Notes under the pieces: generated by a model
Told to the model about the DNA's origin: nothing
Seen by the model: the letters and a program-made list of their open reading frames with translations, nothing else
Database searches by the model: none
Assembly (NCBI GenBank): GCA_043801735.1
Contig: JAZDLT010000020.1
Coordinates: forward strand, 1-36,757
Direction: 5' to 3'
Origin: Candidatus Liptonbacteria bacterium
GTDB lineage: Bacteria; Patescibacteriota; Minisyncoccia; UBA6257; 2-01-FULL-56-20
DNA: 36,757 bases
Made by a program: the position numbers and the translations under genes
Shown here: positions 15,619 through 24,947 of the stretch, piece by piece
How the letters are laid out: the number at the start of each line of letters is the position of its first letter
Numbering within the stretch: the first letter of the stretch is position 1

Positions 15619-17315
15619 ATTATTTGATAGCCTACTTCTTGCACCTCCTTTATCTTCTTTATCTTGATAATCGTCTTTTCTATCTTGCGTGTTTCCGTCG
15701 GGTCGGTCTGTATTTTGATGGTGTAAAATCCGCTATTGGGCTGCTCGGGGGTGTTGATATTGAGAATATTAAAGTGGGATTGGGAAAATATACCAGACAC
15801 GTCTTTCAATAATCCGATTCTGTTTTTAGCAATTATCCGAAACTCCACCCTGGCGGGGGAAGAGACAGAGGCCTTGAGCCCCTTATTCTTGCGTTTCAGG
15901 GTCAAACGTATATGATCGCGGGCGATGCTGGTTTTGGCCGACTTCAACCAATCCTCGGAGGGACGTTTGCCCTTTTGGGTTAGAACCAGGACCACGTCCC
16001 CGGAGTGCAATTCGTAATCCAGTGGCACAAATTTATCGTTGACCTTCGCGCCCACGCAAGAGTCGCCGATATCGCTGTGAATTTGGTAGGCGAAATCCAC
16101 CGGCGTGGAACCAATCGGCAAATCTATCACATCCCCTCTGGGCGTAATTGCAAAAATGCGGTCGCGAAAATAATCCACCTTCATGGAGTTTAGGGCCTCT
16201 TCCGGTTTGTTTCCCGCCAAATCGTCTTGCCAGCGCCGAAGTTGTTGAACCCACTTTAATTCTTCCGCCAACTTGCCGAGATTGGACCGCTTACCCCCTC
16301 CATGCCTCTTTTGTTCGTAGAGCCAGTGCGCGGCTATACCGTTTTCGTTTTCTTCATGCATCTGGCGGGTGCGTATCTGAATCTCCACGAATTTTTCTTT
16401 CGGACCAATGACGGTGGTGTGAAGCGAGCGGTAGCCGTTCGGTTTGGGCATGGCGACGTAGTCCTTAATGCGTCCCGGGAGCGGTGGCCAGATTTTATGC
16501 ACCACCCCCAGGACCAAGTAACAATCCGAAACAGAGTCCACAATAATGCGCATAGCCACTAAGTCGTAAATTTGATTTATATCCATATCGTGACGCATCA
16601 GTTTATGATATAAGCTGCTGTATCTTTTGGCGCGAAAATCTATGGCGTAATTTTTCAAGCCGATTTCGTTGAAGGCCTCTTTTAGGGCGGGCTGGATGTG
16701 TTTCAGATATTTTTCCCGTTCCGCATATTCGTCCTTGACCATGCGCTTCAGCCACTTTTCCTCTTGGGGATAAAGATAGGGAAAAGCCAGGTCGCGCAAC
16801 ATGCCGGAGAGGTTTTGCATACCCAAACGGTAGGCAATGGGCGCGTATATCTCGTCGGTTTCAAGCGCAATCCTTTTTTGCTTTTGGGGCGGCAAGGCGC
16901 CCAGGGTCTGCATATTATGCAGGCGATCCGCCAGTTTAATGAAAACCACCCGCAAATCCTCGGAAATAGCCAGAAACATCTTGCGCATATTTTCCACCTG
17001 GGTCTCTACGCCGCGGTATTTGATGTGGCCCAGCTTGGTTACGCCATCTACCAAAAAGGCAACCTCTTCCCCAAAGTCCCCCTTGAGGGTTTCAAGAGGT
17101 ACGCCGGTATCTTCCATGGTATCGTGCAGCAACCCCGCCGCGATGGTGGTTTCATCCAGATGCCAACCAGACAAATTTTCGGCAGTGGCCTTGACGTGAT
17201 TGAAATATGGCTCGCCCGTTTTGCGCTTCTGCCCGGCATGGGCCTTCTCCGCAAATCTGTAGGCACGAGCAATCAAACCGTCCGGTTCCATCTTTAATAT
17301 TTCCGCGAGAGCCAT
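15615..17315 (-). CDS. Bifunctional RelA/SpoT-family (p)ppGpp synthetase/hydrolase
   Basis: HD hydrolase motif (LLHDTMEDT), synthetase motifs (GYRSLHTTV, EIQIRT), a TGS-like segment and a C-terminal ACT-like segment. Confidence 0.9.
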   Translation of the reverse strand: MALAEILKMEPDGLIARAYRFAEKAHAGQKRKTGEPYFNHVKATAENLSGWHLDETTIAAGLLHDTMEDTGVPLETLKGDFGEEVAFLVDGVTKLGHIKYRGVETQVENMRKMFLAISEDLRVVFIKLADRLHNMQTLGALPPQKQKRIALETDEIYAPIAYRLGMQNLSGMLRDLAFPYLYPQEEKWLKRMVKDEYAEREKYLKHIQPALKEAFNEIGLKNYAIDFRAKRYSSLYHKLMRHDMDINQIYDLVAMRIIVDSVSDCYLVLGVVHKIWPPLPGRIKDYVAMPKPNGYRSLHTTVIGPKEKFVEIQIRTRQMHEENENGIAAHWLYEQKRHGGGKRSNLGKLAEELKWVQQLRRWQDDLAGNKPEEALNSMKVDYFRDRIFAITPRGDVIDLPIGSTPVDFAYQIHSDIGDSCVGAKVNDKFVPLDYELHSGDVVLVLTQKGKRPSEDWLKSAKTSIARDHIRLTLKRKNKGLKASVSSPARVEFRIIAKNRIGLLKDVSGIFSQSHFNILNINTPEQPNSGFYTIKIQTDPTETRKIEKTIIKIKKIKEVQEVGYQII

Positions 17316-17321
17316 GTTTCT

Positions 17322-17350
17322 AGTGTATGTGCGGAAAGACCCTTGCGCAA
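17322..17350 (-). promoter_or_regulatory. Promoter of the RelA/SpoT gene, leaderless geometry
   Basis: Minus strand: TTGCGC (17350-17345), 17-nt spacer, TACACT (17327-17322), then 6 nt to the ATG at 17315. Confidence 0.5.
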
Positions 17351-17488
17351 GTCATCCTCCCGGTAATCCGTCATAAGTCGGACCTTGGAACGTCCCATAT
17401 ACCATGGGATAACGTATTTGCAGAGACCTTGGTTGTGCTATACTTTATCCATATAAAAGTCCCACTAAATCTAAAAAACCAATAGAAA

Positions 17489-20400
17489 ATGACCAAAAAA
17501 CTGGTTATCGCTCTTTTGGGCGTAATGCTGGTTGTGCCCACAACCTCCTTTGCCCAAAGCGCAACCGACCTACAGTCGCAAATAAATGCCATTTTGCAGC
17601 AAATCGCGGCTCTGCAAAAGATGGTCATTAATCAGCAGGGGTCCTCCTCCGGTCAATCCGGTCAGACAACCGTTCCCGCTCCGGTCCAGGCCCAAACTCA
17701 AGTCAACTATGGGCAGGTTGTTTCCGCCTGCCGGGAACTTCGCAACACCTTGCGCGCGGGCACTAAGGGCGAAGACGTATCTTATCTTCAAACTCTTCTT
17801 CAAAAAGAGGGATTTGCCATCAGCCAAGACGAAATCTCCGGCCAGGAGTATGGCGAATCCACCGCCTCCGCGGTGACCGGTCTTCAGGAAAAGTATCGCA
17901 GTGAAATTCTTGCTCCGGTAGGGCTCAAGTACGGCAGTGGCTTGGTGGGTGCGGGCACCCGCAAGAAGCTAAATGCGCTTTATGGTTGCCTGCAGCCGGT
18001 AATCCAACCACCCCAACCGCCAATCGAGGTGGGAGCTCCGATTATCCATAGTGTCTCTGGCCCGACAGTTCTTAAGTCCGGAGAAGTAGGCACATGGACG
18101 ATAAAAGCCAGCGACCCCAACAACGGAACATTGCGCTACCGGGTTATCTGGGGAGATGAAGCGTCTGGAATTTCTGGAATGATGACAACTCCCCTGGAAA
18201 ACTTCGTCCAAACCACAACTTTTACCCACACCTACTATAACCCCGGTAGTGTTTATGAGCCGGTATTTTACGTTACAAACGATTCCGGCCGGATTACCAA
18301 GAAAAGCTTAACCGTGAAAATAATTGACTTGTCTGGCCAGGCTCCGGTCGTCTCCGGCGTTTCCGGTCCAACTACCCTCAAGGTGGGTGAAGTAGGAACT
18401 TGGAAGGTGGGTGTAAACGCCAACTATAACGACTACCTTAGCTACTCGGTTATTTGGGGAGACGAGCTGGCGCAGACGTCAAGTGACGGCAGTTCCGCGG
18501 CTCGTTCCATTAGCCAGTCCGCCACCATGACTCATGCCTATCAGCAGGCGGGAACGTATTATCCGATATTTTATGTTACCAACCAGAACGGGCAATCTGC
18601 CAAAACGAGTATAAGTGTACAGGTGGGAGGAACGGTAACTTCTACGAAGCCGGACATCATAATTTCTGACGTTGTTTGCGACCCGGCGAATCCTAAGGCA
18701 CACGAGTGGATCACCTGCAGCGTAACAGTTGCCAATAACAGTTCCGTGGATATTACAAAATCGTTTGATGTCAATATTCAGGGAATCGCGGTAACGATAA
18801 GCGCTCCCTTGAATGCCTGGGAGAAGAAGACGGTAAAAGCTCCTTCGCCTTTTGGTCTTACTATTTTGGGAAATAACACTCTTAACTTTCCGGCAGATAT
18901 TTGGAACTCCGTTGATGAAAGCAACGAGGATAACAACGTATTTACCACGACCATAAACGTGGGGGATGCGGTCGTCGTATCTGAACAGGTCAAATGTGTA
19001 TTCGATGGCGCGACTAGCGAACAAAAATGCTACACGGCCACCAATAGCTCCGACAAATACTATAATCTTGGTTGTTCCGGCGTCGGCGCCTGCGTAGTTG
19101 ATCTCAAGGGCAACAAGGGAGACCAGATTACCTGGAAGAGCTCCTGTGGTGGTTATGCCTATACCACTATGGATGGGCAAAATGAGTATGCCAAGTTCTC
19201 CTGCGGGACAACTCAACCTTCGGGTTCCATTTCGATTTATCCCGCAACTATCTCACTGGGAGTAGGAGAAAACGTTAAGATTAAGGCCTACTACAGCCCT
19301 GTTTGTCCCCCGGGGGCAGTTTGCACAATGGCCATCCGAGAGATTGAGCCCAAGTGGACCGTTGACAACACAAGTGTGGCCACCTTAATCAGCACTTCCT
19401 GTCAATCTCAACCCGGTTCGACTTGTGATGCCATAATTCCAACAACTCAAATAAATGGCATGGCCGCGGGGAAAACAACCCTACGTGCAACCTGGCAAGG
19501 TGATTCTGGTGCTGTTGCGCTAACCGCCACCGCTCCCGTGACAGTAAATGTGTCTCCGCCCCCAATACCAACGGTATCCGAACAGGTTAAGTGCCTCTTT
19601 GATGGCACTACGAGTGAACAAAAATGCTACACGGCCACCAACAGCTCCGACAAATACTATAATCTTGGCTGTTCCGGCGTCGGCGCCTGCGTGGCGGACG
19701 TCAAGGGCAACAAGGGAGATCAGATTACTTGGAAGAGTTCCTGTGGTGGATATGCCTATACCACCATGGATGGACAGAACGAGTATGCCAAGTTCTCCTG
19801 TAGTGGAACCGTCCCGCCCCCAATACCAACCCCAATACCAACGGTATCCGAGCAGGTTAAATGTTTGTTTGATGGAGATTCAACCAGTAAGCAAAGTTGT
19901 TACATAGCCAGTCCGGCGGGCAGTAACTATGCAGCGATGGGTTGCGATGGCATCGGCGCCTGCGTAGTTGATCTCAAGGGTAATAAGGGAGATCAGGTTA
20001 CTTGGAAGAGCTCTTGTGGTGGATATGCCTATACCACCATGGATGGTCAGAACGAGTATGCCAAGTTCTCCTGTGGGACGACTCAACTGACTTTAAGCGT
20101 GTCTCGAAACAGCTTCAGTCCGGGGGGCAATATTTATCCGGGCGCCAATGGAGCAGAGTTGTTCCGCATAGATATCTCGGCAAAGGGTCAGAGCGCTACA
20201 ATAAAACAACTAAATTTGGAATTAGCCGGAATTCTCGACATGAAGGGAGTGTCTAACATCAAGGCATATGTAGATGGCGTCACGGTCGGCACTCTTTCCG
20301 ATCTGACCAATACCTTCTCCCACTACTATACCGGTAACATTAATACGTCCGGTCTGACTATCCCGGCGGGTAGTACTAAGGTTGTAAGTATCCGGGGCGA

Positions 20401-20674
20401 CGTTTCGCCGGATATTTGGTCTGATTTGAGCTCGCCCTGCCCAAGTTGCACGAAGAGTTTATGGCTGGTGCTGAAGAATATCGTAACCGACCCCGCCATC
20501 AATCAGTCCGCAATTACCGGTTTGCCGGTGAATGGTAATTCGGTGTATATTCCTTATCAATCACCGACCACAACTTCCCCCCAGACCGGAATAACCTCTC
20601 AAAGCCAGGCAGCCGCCACACTTGAAACCATGCGTGCCATGCTGGAAGCAATGTTGCTCAAGATAATGCAGTAG
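17489..20674 (+). CDS. Secreted multidomain surface protein: signal peptide, PG-binding domain, two PKD-like domains, a CARDB-like domain, a Big_2-like Ig domain and three six-Cys repeat modules
   Basis: Signal peptide MTKKLVIALLGVMLVVPTTSFAQS. PG_binding_1-like GEDVSYLQTLLQKEGF...AVTGLQEKY. Two units of the form GPT.LK.GEVGTW...VIWGDE. KPDIIISDV...ANNSSVD. Three cysteine-rich modules of 77-78 aa. Confidence 0.85.
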   Translation: MTKKLVIALLGVMLVVPTTSFAQSATDLQSQINAILQQIAALQKMVINQQGSSSGQSGQTTVPAPVQAQTQVNYGQVVSACRELRNTLRAGTKGEDVSYLQTLLQKEGFAISQDEISGQEYGESTASAVTGLQEKYRSEILAPVGLKYGSGLVGAGTRKKLNALYGCLQPVIQPPQPPIEVGAPIIHSVSGPTVLKSGEVGTWTIKASDPNNGTLRYRVIWGDEASGISGMMTTPLENFVQTTTFTHTYYNPGSVYEPVFYVTNDSGRITKKSLTVKIIDLSGQAPVVSGVSGPTTLKVGEVGTWKVGVNANYNDYLSYSVIWGDELAQTSSDGSSAARSISQSATMTHAYQQAGTYYPIFYVTNQNGQSAKTSISVQVGGTVTSTKPDIIISDVVCDPANPKAHEWITCSVTVANNSSVDITKSFDVNIQGIAVTISAPLNAWEKKTVKAPSPFGLTILGNNTLNFPADIWNSVDESNEDNNVFTTTINVGDAVVVSEQVKCVFDGATSEQKCYTATNSSDKYYNLGCSGVGACVVDLKGNKGDQITWKSSCGGYAYTTMDGQNEYAKFSCGTTQPSGSISIYPATISLGVGENVKIKAYYSPVCPPGAVCTMAIREIEPKWTVDNTSVATLISTSCQSQPGSTCDAIIPTTQINGMAAGKTTLRATWQGDSGAVALTATAPVTVNVSPPPIPTVSEQVKCLFDGTTSEQKCYTATNSSDKYYNLGCSGVGACVADVKGNKGDQITWKSSCGGYAYTTMDGQNEYAKFSCSGTVPPPIPTPIPTVSEQVKCLFDGDSTSKQSCYIASPAGSNYAAMGCDGIGACVVDLKGNKGDQVTWKSSCGGYAYTTMDGQNEYAKFSCGTTQLTLSVSRNSFSPGGNIYPGANGAELFRIDISAKGQSATIKQLNLELAGILDMKGVSNIKAYVDGVTVGTLSDLTNTFSHYYTGNINTSGLTIPAGSTKVVSIRGDVSPDIWSDLSSPCPSCTKSLWLVLKNIVTDPAINQSAITGLPVNGNSVYIPYQSPTTTSPQTGITSQSQAAATLETMRAMLEAMLLKIMQ
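18977..19207 (+). repeat. Six-Cys module copy 1 (intragenic repeat)
   Basis: VSEQVKCVFDGATSEQKCYTATNSSDKYYNLGCSGVGACVVDLKGNKGDQITWKSSCGGYAYTTMDGQNEYAKFSCG. Shares long identical nucleotide runs with copy 2. Confidence 0.9.
19574..19804 (+). repeat. Six-Cys module copy 2
   Basis: Same 77-aa module with few substitutions. Preceded by a PPPIPT linker. Confidence 0.9.
19844..20077 (+). repeat. Six-Cys module copy 3 (more diverged, 78 aa)
   Basis: VSEQVKCLFDGDSTSKQSCYIASPAGSNYAAMGCDGIGACVVDLKGNKGDQVTWKSSCGGYAYTTMDGQNEYAKFSCG. Confidence 0.9.
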
Positions 20675-20720
20675 CCCAAGAGAGGTGAAGCGTGAAGTGT
20701 GAATCCAAAAATCCCGCCTA

Positions 20721-20736
20721 TCCGCCAACTGGCGGA
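20721..20736. repeat. GC-rich hairpin TCCGCC-AACT-GGCGGA between convergent genes (possible bidirectional terminator)
   Basis: Perfect 6-bp stem embedded in AAAAATCCC...GGGGTTTT. It lies between the surface-protein stop (20674) and the topA stop (20747). Confidence 0.6.
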
Positions 20737-20746
20737 GGGGTTTTGG

Positions 20747-22918
20747 CTAGGAAGGAGAATTCTTTTTCCCCCGAGACGCGTATTTTTTCTTTCTCTCCTC
20801 TCGGGCGGTTTTGGCTTCGGCTTCCTTAATCGGATCATATTCCGGCGGCACTCGGGTCGGGTCGGTCCAGGTGGCATAATCGCAGTCCGGGTATCTGTTG
20901 CAACCCCAGAAAATCTTGCCGCGCGCCCGTCCTTTGCGGGAAACCGCTTTTTCCACCAACTCTCCCTGCTTGCCATCGGTTGCGCCTTCGGGCGCCGGCG
21001 AGCGGGTTAGTTTGCATTTGGGGCAAAAGATGCCGGTTGGCTTGGGCGGATCTTTTAAGCTTTTGGTATTTTTGCACTCCGGATAGCCGGAGCAAGCCAT
21101 AAATTTTCCGAAACGGCCCAACTTGATAATCATGGGCTTGCCGCATTTTTCGCAGACCTGATCGGTTTTTTCGTCTATCAAATCTCTTTTGACGACGGTT
21201 TCGTATTTTCCCTCCAGATTTTTGGCGAACGGGTCGTAAAATTCTTTGATAACCCCGCGCCACTCCCTTTTACCTTCCGCAATATTGTCCAATTCTTCTT
21301 CCATTTTGGCGGTAAATTGTATGTCGACTATTTCCGAAAAATTTTCGGTCATTACCTTATTGACTAAAGTACCGATTTCGGTCGGAAAGAAACGGCCCTG
21401 CTGTTTTTCCACGTAGCCCCGTGCCTGAATCACGTAAATAATGGGCGCGTAGGTGGAGGGCCGACCGATGCCGTATTGCTCCAGGGTTTTAATGAGGGAG
21501 GCCTCATTAAAACGCGCCGGCGGTTGGGTAAAATGCTGTTCCGGCAACCATTCCCGTAATTCCGCAACGGAATTTTCCCGCAAGGGGGGCAGTTCGTTTT
21601 CTTCAAATTTGGTTTGCCAGATTTTCAGAAAGCCGTCGAACTTAAGGGTATTGCCGTTGGCTTTCAGCCGGTGGGGGACGACTCCATTTTTTTCCGACAG
21701 CACCTCCGCCCGCACCGCGTCGAAAACCGCGGGATTCATTTGACAGGCGATGAATCTGCGCCAGATGAGATTATAAAGCTTAACCTCTTCCGGTTCGCCC
21801 CCAAATTTTTCGGGGGTTAGGGCCGGCTGGGTGGGACGGACGGCTTCGTGCGCTTCCTGCGCCAAACGGGATTTGTTTTTGAAATGGCGCGGAGTATCGG
21901 GCAGGTATTTTGGGCCCAGGTTTTCTTTTATCCAAGCCCGTCCGGACTTCAGCGCCTCTGCCGCCAAATTAACGGAATCGGTGCGCATGTAGGTTATAAA
22001 ACCGTTTTCATAAAGACGTTGGGCGGTGCGCATGGTGCGCCCGGCGGAAAATCCCAAACGCTGGGCGGCTGCCTGTTGCAAGGTGCTGGTGGTAAAGGGC
22101 GGCATGGGATTTTTGGCGGTTTCTTTGCGTTCCACTTCCGTGATTCGGAAGGAAGCCCCCTCCAAGTCGGAAATTATTTTTTTAACCAGGGCCTCGTTCC
22201 CAAGTTCCAGTTTGTCCAAATTTTTTTCTCCTATGCGATAAAGCTCCGCTTGGAATTCGCCCTCGCCGGATTTAAGCTTGGCAAAAAGAGACCAGTATTC
22301 CTGGTTTTGGAACTTTTGAATTTCCTCTTCTCGGTCCGCGATGAGGCGCAAAGCTACGGATTGCACTCTGCCCGCGGAAAGACCTCTTTGCACTTTGCGC
22401 CAAAGGAAGGGAGAGAGTTTGTAGCCCACAATGCGATCCAAAACCCGCCGGGCTTGCTGGGCATTCACCAGACACAGGTCAATCTCTCGAGGATGTTCCA
22501 ACGCTTCCTGAATAGCCCGCTTTGTGATCTCGTGGAACACGATGCGCTCTACCGGCCTATGGCTTATGGCTGATGGCTGATGGTTCGCCTCTTTGCTATC
22601 GGCTATTAGCTCTGCGCTATTAGCCAGGCCCAGGGCTTGAGTCAGGTGCCAAGCAATCGCTTCACCCTCGCGATCTTCGTCGGTTGCGAGTATGACTTTA
22701 TCCGCCTTGGCAACCAACTTTTTAAGTTCTCCGACCTTCTTTTTGCTTTTGACGGGGACTATGTACTGTGGTTCAAAATCGTTCTCCAAGTCAATGCCCA
22801 GTTTGCTCTTGGGTAGATCTCGGACGTGTCCGTAAGAGGACTCCACCTTGTAGCCGGATTTCAAAAAGCCGGAAATAGTTTTCGCCTTGGTCGGCGATTC
22901 CACAATAATAAGTTCCAT
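20747..22918 (-). CDS. topA: DNA topoisomerase I
   Basis: Toprim N-terminus MELIIVESPTKAKTI and DEDREGEAIAWH; the active-site region ITYMRTDS; C-terminal zinc-ribbon motifs (CEKCGKPM...CSGYPECKN, CPKC...CNRYPDC). Confidence 0.95.
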   Translation of the reverse strand: MELIIVESPTKAKTISGFLKSGYKVESSYGHVRDLPKSKLGIDLENDFEPQYIVPVKSKKKVGELKKLVAKADKVILATDEDREGEAIAWHLTQALGLANSAELIADSKEANHQPSAISHRPVERIVFHEITKRAIQEALEHPREIDLCLVNAQQARRVLDRIVGYKLSPFLWRKVQRGLSAGRVQSVALRLIADREEEIQKFQNQEYWSLFAKLKSGEGEFQAELYRIGEKNLDKLELGNEALVKKIISDLEGASFRITEVERKETAKNPMPPFTTSTLQQAAAQRLGFSAGRTMRTAQRLYENGFITYMRTDSVNLAAEALKSGRAWIKENLGPKYLPDTPRHFKNKSRLAQEAHEAVRPTQPALTPEKFGGEPEEVKLYNLIWRRFIACQMNPAVFDAVRAEVLSEKNGVVPHRLKANGNTLKFDGFLKIWQTKFEENELPPLRENSVAELREWLPEQHFTQPPARFNEASLIKTLEQYGIGRPSTYAPIIYVIQARGYVEKQQGRFFPTEIGTLVNKVMTENFSEIVDIQFTAKMEEELDNIAEGKREWRGVIKEFYDPFAKNLEGKYETVVKRDLIDEKTDQVCEKCGKPMIIKLGRFGKFMACSGYPECKNTKSLKDPPKPTGIFCPKCKLTRSPAPEGATDGKQGELVEKAVSRKGRARGKIFWGCNRYPDCDYATWTDPTRVPPEYDPIKEAEAKTAREERKKKYASRGKKNSPS
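22556..22583. repeat. Heptanucleotide tandem repeat (4 units) inside topA
   Basis: Plus strand CCTATGG CTTATGG CTGATGG CTGATGG. Adjacent is a duplicated 9-mer GCTATTAGC (22602-22610 and 22615-22623). Confidence 0.85.
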
Positions 22919-22964
22919 TAGGGTGCTTGGGCGGGGGACTCTGCTGCGACCGAGGCGGAGGATT

Positions 22965-24059
22965 TCATTTTTTTGCGGAGTATCCCAGCGGGGTTTCGTT
23001 TATTCTATCAGTTAACACAAGCAAGGAAAGGGCCTGGCTCGTGGTTTGAACATCAAGCTTAACCAGTTCCGCGATCTTGTCAATTTCCAGCGATGACTTT
23101 GAAGACAAGAGCACCGTAAGGATGCTTACGGTCTCGCGCGAATCATCCGCGCGGATGGCGGACTTGTCTTCTTCGGGCAAGAGGTCCCAATCTTCCAAGA
23201 TTTGTTCCGGCTCTGTGACCAGTTCCGCCCCCGCGCGGATAAGCAGGTTAGACCCCTTGTAGTTGGGATGACGAACCGGGCCCGGCAGGACGAAAACGTC
23301 TCGGTTTTGCTCCATCGCAAAACGAGCGGTGGCGAGCGAGCCGGAACGCAAACCCGCCTCTACGATTAAAACGCCCCGGCTTAAACCGCTGACTATGCGG
23401 TTTCGCTCCAGAAAACGGTAAGGCAGAATGGGCATGCCGGGCGGATATTCGGAAATCAGAACCCCGCCCGTGTCCATGATTTTTCGGGCCAACGTTTCGT
23501 TGGTGCGGGGATAGATGCGGTCGAGTCCGCCCGGCATCACCGCCACGGTCCGGCCGTTCTCTGAAAAGCAACCTTCGTGCGCGGCCGCGTCAATGCCGAG
23601 CGCCAATCCGCTCACGACAACTAACCCCCGTGCGGCGAACTTGCCCGCAAATTGGCGCGCCAGGGCCTTGCCCTCGGGGGTGGCCTTGCGCGTTCCCACG
23701 ATGGCCACGATTTTATCCGGCTTATCCGAAGGCCCGAGGTTTCTTCCTAAAACATATAAGCCAAACGGAGAATGCGGAATTTCCCGCAACGAACTCGGGA
23801 AGTCGTCGTCCTCTCGAAGGATAAGTTTTATGTCCAGCGCGGAAAGCTCCCGGGATGCTTTCTCGGGACTGGTTCCTCTGCCTGCGCCACTCTGCCAGGC
23901 CTTTGCCCAGCTGCCGAACCTGTCTTTAATTTTACCAAGCGCGGCGTAGTCGGCTTGATGGCATATATTTAAAGCGTGATAAAAATCCGCCTCCTTTGGT
24001 TCCTTCATCTCGTTCAGTTTAGCACGTGGAGCGGGTCGACAAAATATGCTAGAATTCAC
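22965..24059 (-). CDS. dprA: DNA processing protein DprA/Smf
   Basis: Rossmann-like core VAIVGTRKATPEG...VVSGLALGIDAAAHEG...IVSGLSRGVLIVEA. Conserved dprA-topA pairing. An alternative start is ATG at 24008 (MKEPKEAD). Confidence 0.9.
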   Translation of the reverse strand: MNSSIFCRPAPRAKLNEMKEPKEADFYHALNICHQADYAALGKIKDRFGSWAKAWQSGAGRGTSPEKASRELSALDIKLILREDDDFPSSLREIPHSPFGLYVLGRNLGPSDKPDKIVAIVGTRKATPEGKALARQFAGKFAARGLVVVSGLALGIDAAAHEGCFSENGRTVAVMPGGLDRIYPRTNETLARKIMDTGGVLISEYPPGMPILPYRFLERNRIVSGLSRGVLIVEAGLRSGSLATARFAMEQNRDVFVLPGPVRHPNYKGSNLLIRAGAELVTEPEQILEDWDLLPEEDKSAIRADDSRETVSILTVLLSSKSSLEIDKIAELVKLDVQTTSQALSLLVLTDRINETPLGYSAKK

Positions 24060-24065
24060 CAGGAT

Positions 24066-24638
24066 ATGGATGGGAAAATATACAAACGGAAAACGATCCT
24101 AAACACCCTGCTTATTTTACTGATATTGGGCCTATTCGGGGCGTCTTCTTATTGGTTCAAGAAGGATATGAATAAGTACGCGGGAGATATATCCCTTTCC
24201 CGGGGGACGATAGCGGCCACCGCCAAATCCTTGGAAATACTTGCCGCCTTGAAGCAGGGTTCCGGAGAAATGAGTGGGTACCAGAAGGAGATAGAGCGAT
24301 TACTCCCCATTTCGGACGACCTAATATCTTTCAGTGTATGGCTGGAGAACGAGGCCAGGTCCATTCAGACAGTAAAAGTGGCTGCCAGCTTGGAAGATCA
24401 GGAAAATCTTTCCCAAAATGGATTTCCCGCCTACAGATACTTCAGTATATCCGCGGATGGGCCCTACTCTGACTTGACGGGATATTTGGAGAGGATAGAA
24501 GTTAAGAAGAAAGATTATTTAATGACGGTAGACACGGTAAGTATCACCAAAAATGGAGACGCTTACCATCTGGCCGCCCGGGGAAAGGTTTACTTCCGTA
24601 AGATTACCGAAGAAAATAAAGAAAATGTCCCTTCGTAG
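24066..24638 (+). CDS. Hypothetical membrane-anchored protein (one N-terminal TM; PilO-like architecture, low confidence)
   Basis: Start trimmed to ATG at 24066 (MDGKIYKRKTILNTLLILLILGLFGASSYW), because the ORF-track start overlaps dprA. An extended -10, TGCTAGAAT, lies at 24047-24055. Confidence 0.55.
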   Translation: MDGKIYKRKTILNTLLILLILGLFGASSYWFKKDMNKYAGDISLSRGTIAATAKSLEILAALKQGSGEMSGYQKEIERLLPISDDLISFSVWLENEARSIQTVKVAASLEDQENLSQNGFPAYRYFSISADGPYSDLTGYLERIEVKKKDYLMTVDTVSITKNGDAYHLAARGKVYFRKITEENKENVPS

Positions 24639-24846
24639 AATTTATCAGAACTATCAGGAGGTATTCCTCGCGGCTTATGCCCTGATCATAATCGGAGCGA
24701 TAGTGTTCTTCTATGTGTCGGGCATATTCTCTTTGGTGAGGGTCGCTACGGAAGCGACCAGCATCAAGTCCGAATCCTCCACGGAGGTTGATTTTAAACT
24801 AGAGGAAGCCAAAGCGGTTCTGGAGCAGACAAAAATTTCGGAATAA
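24625..24846 (+). CDS. Small hypothetical membrane protein (73 aa)
   Basis: ATG at 24625 (MSLRRIYQNYQEVFLAAYALIIIGAIVFFYVSGIF) has one TM span. It overlaps the preceding gene by 14 nt, which suggests translational coupling. Confidence 0.45.
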   Translation: MSLRRIYQNYQEVFLAAYALIIIGAIVFFYVSGIFSLVRVATEATSIKSESSTEVDFKLEEAKAVLEQTKISE

Positions 24847-24947
24847 GAATAATTTGATTCTGCGCTTTATTTGATATACCCTTGGGCTCGGGGCAGGAAG
24901 ATATATTTGAAAACTGCAACAAAGAGAGGGTTTTTGAAGAAAATATT

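Noticed and set aside
13530-15620. A parS site (TGTTTCACGTGAAACA-like) near parAB
   Set aside because: I found no convincing 16-mer palindrome of this type by eye. The nearest resemblance (TACGTGAAAACA inside rpoC at about 8075) is a half-site at best. This needs a computational scan.
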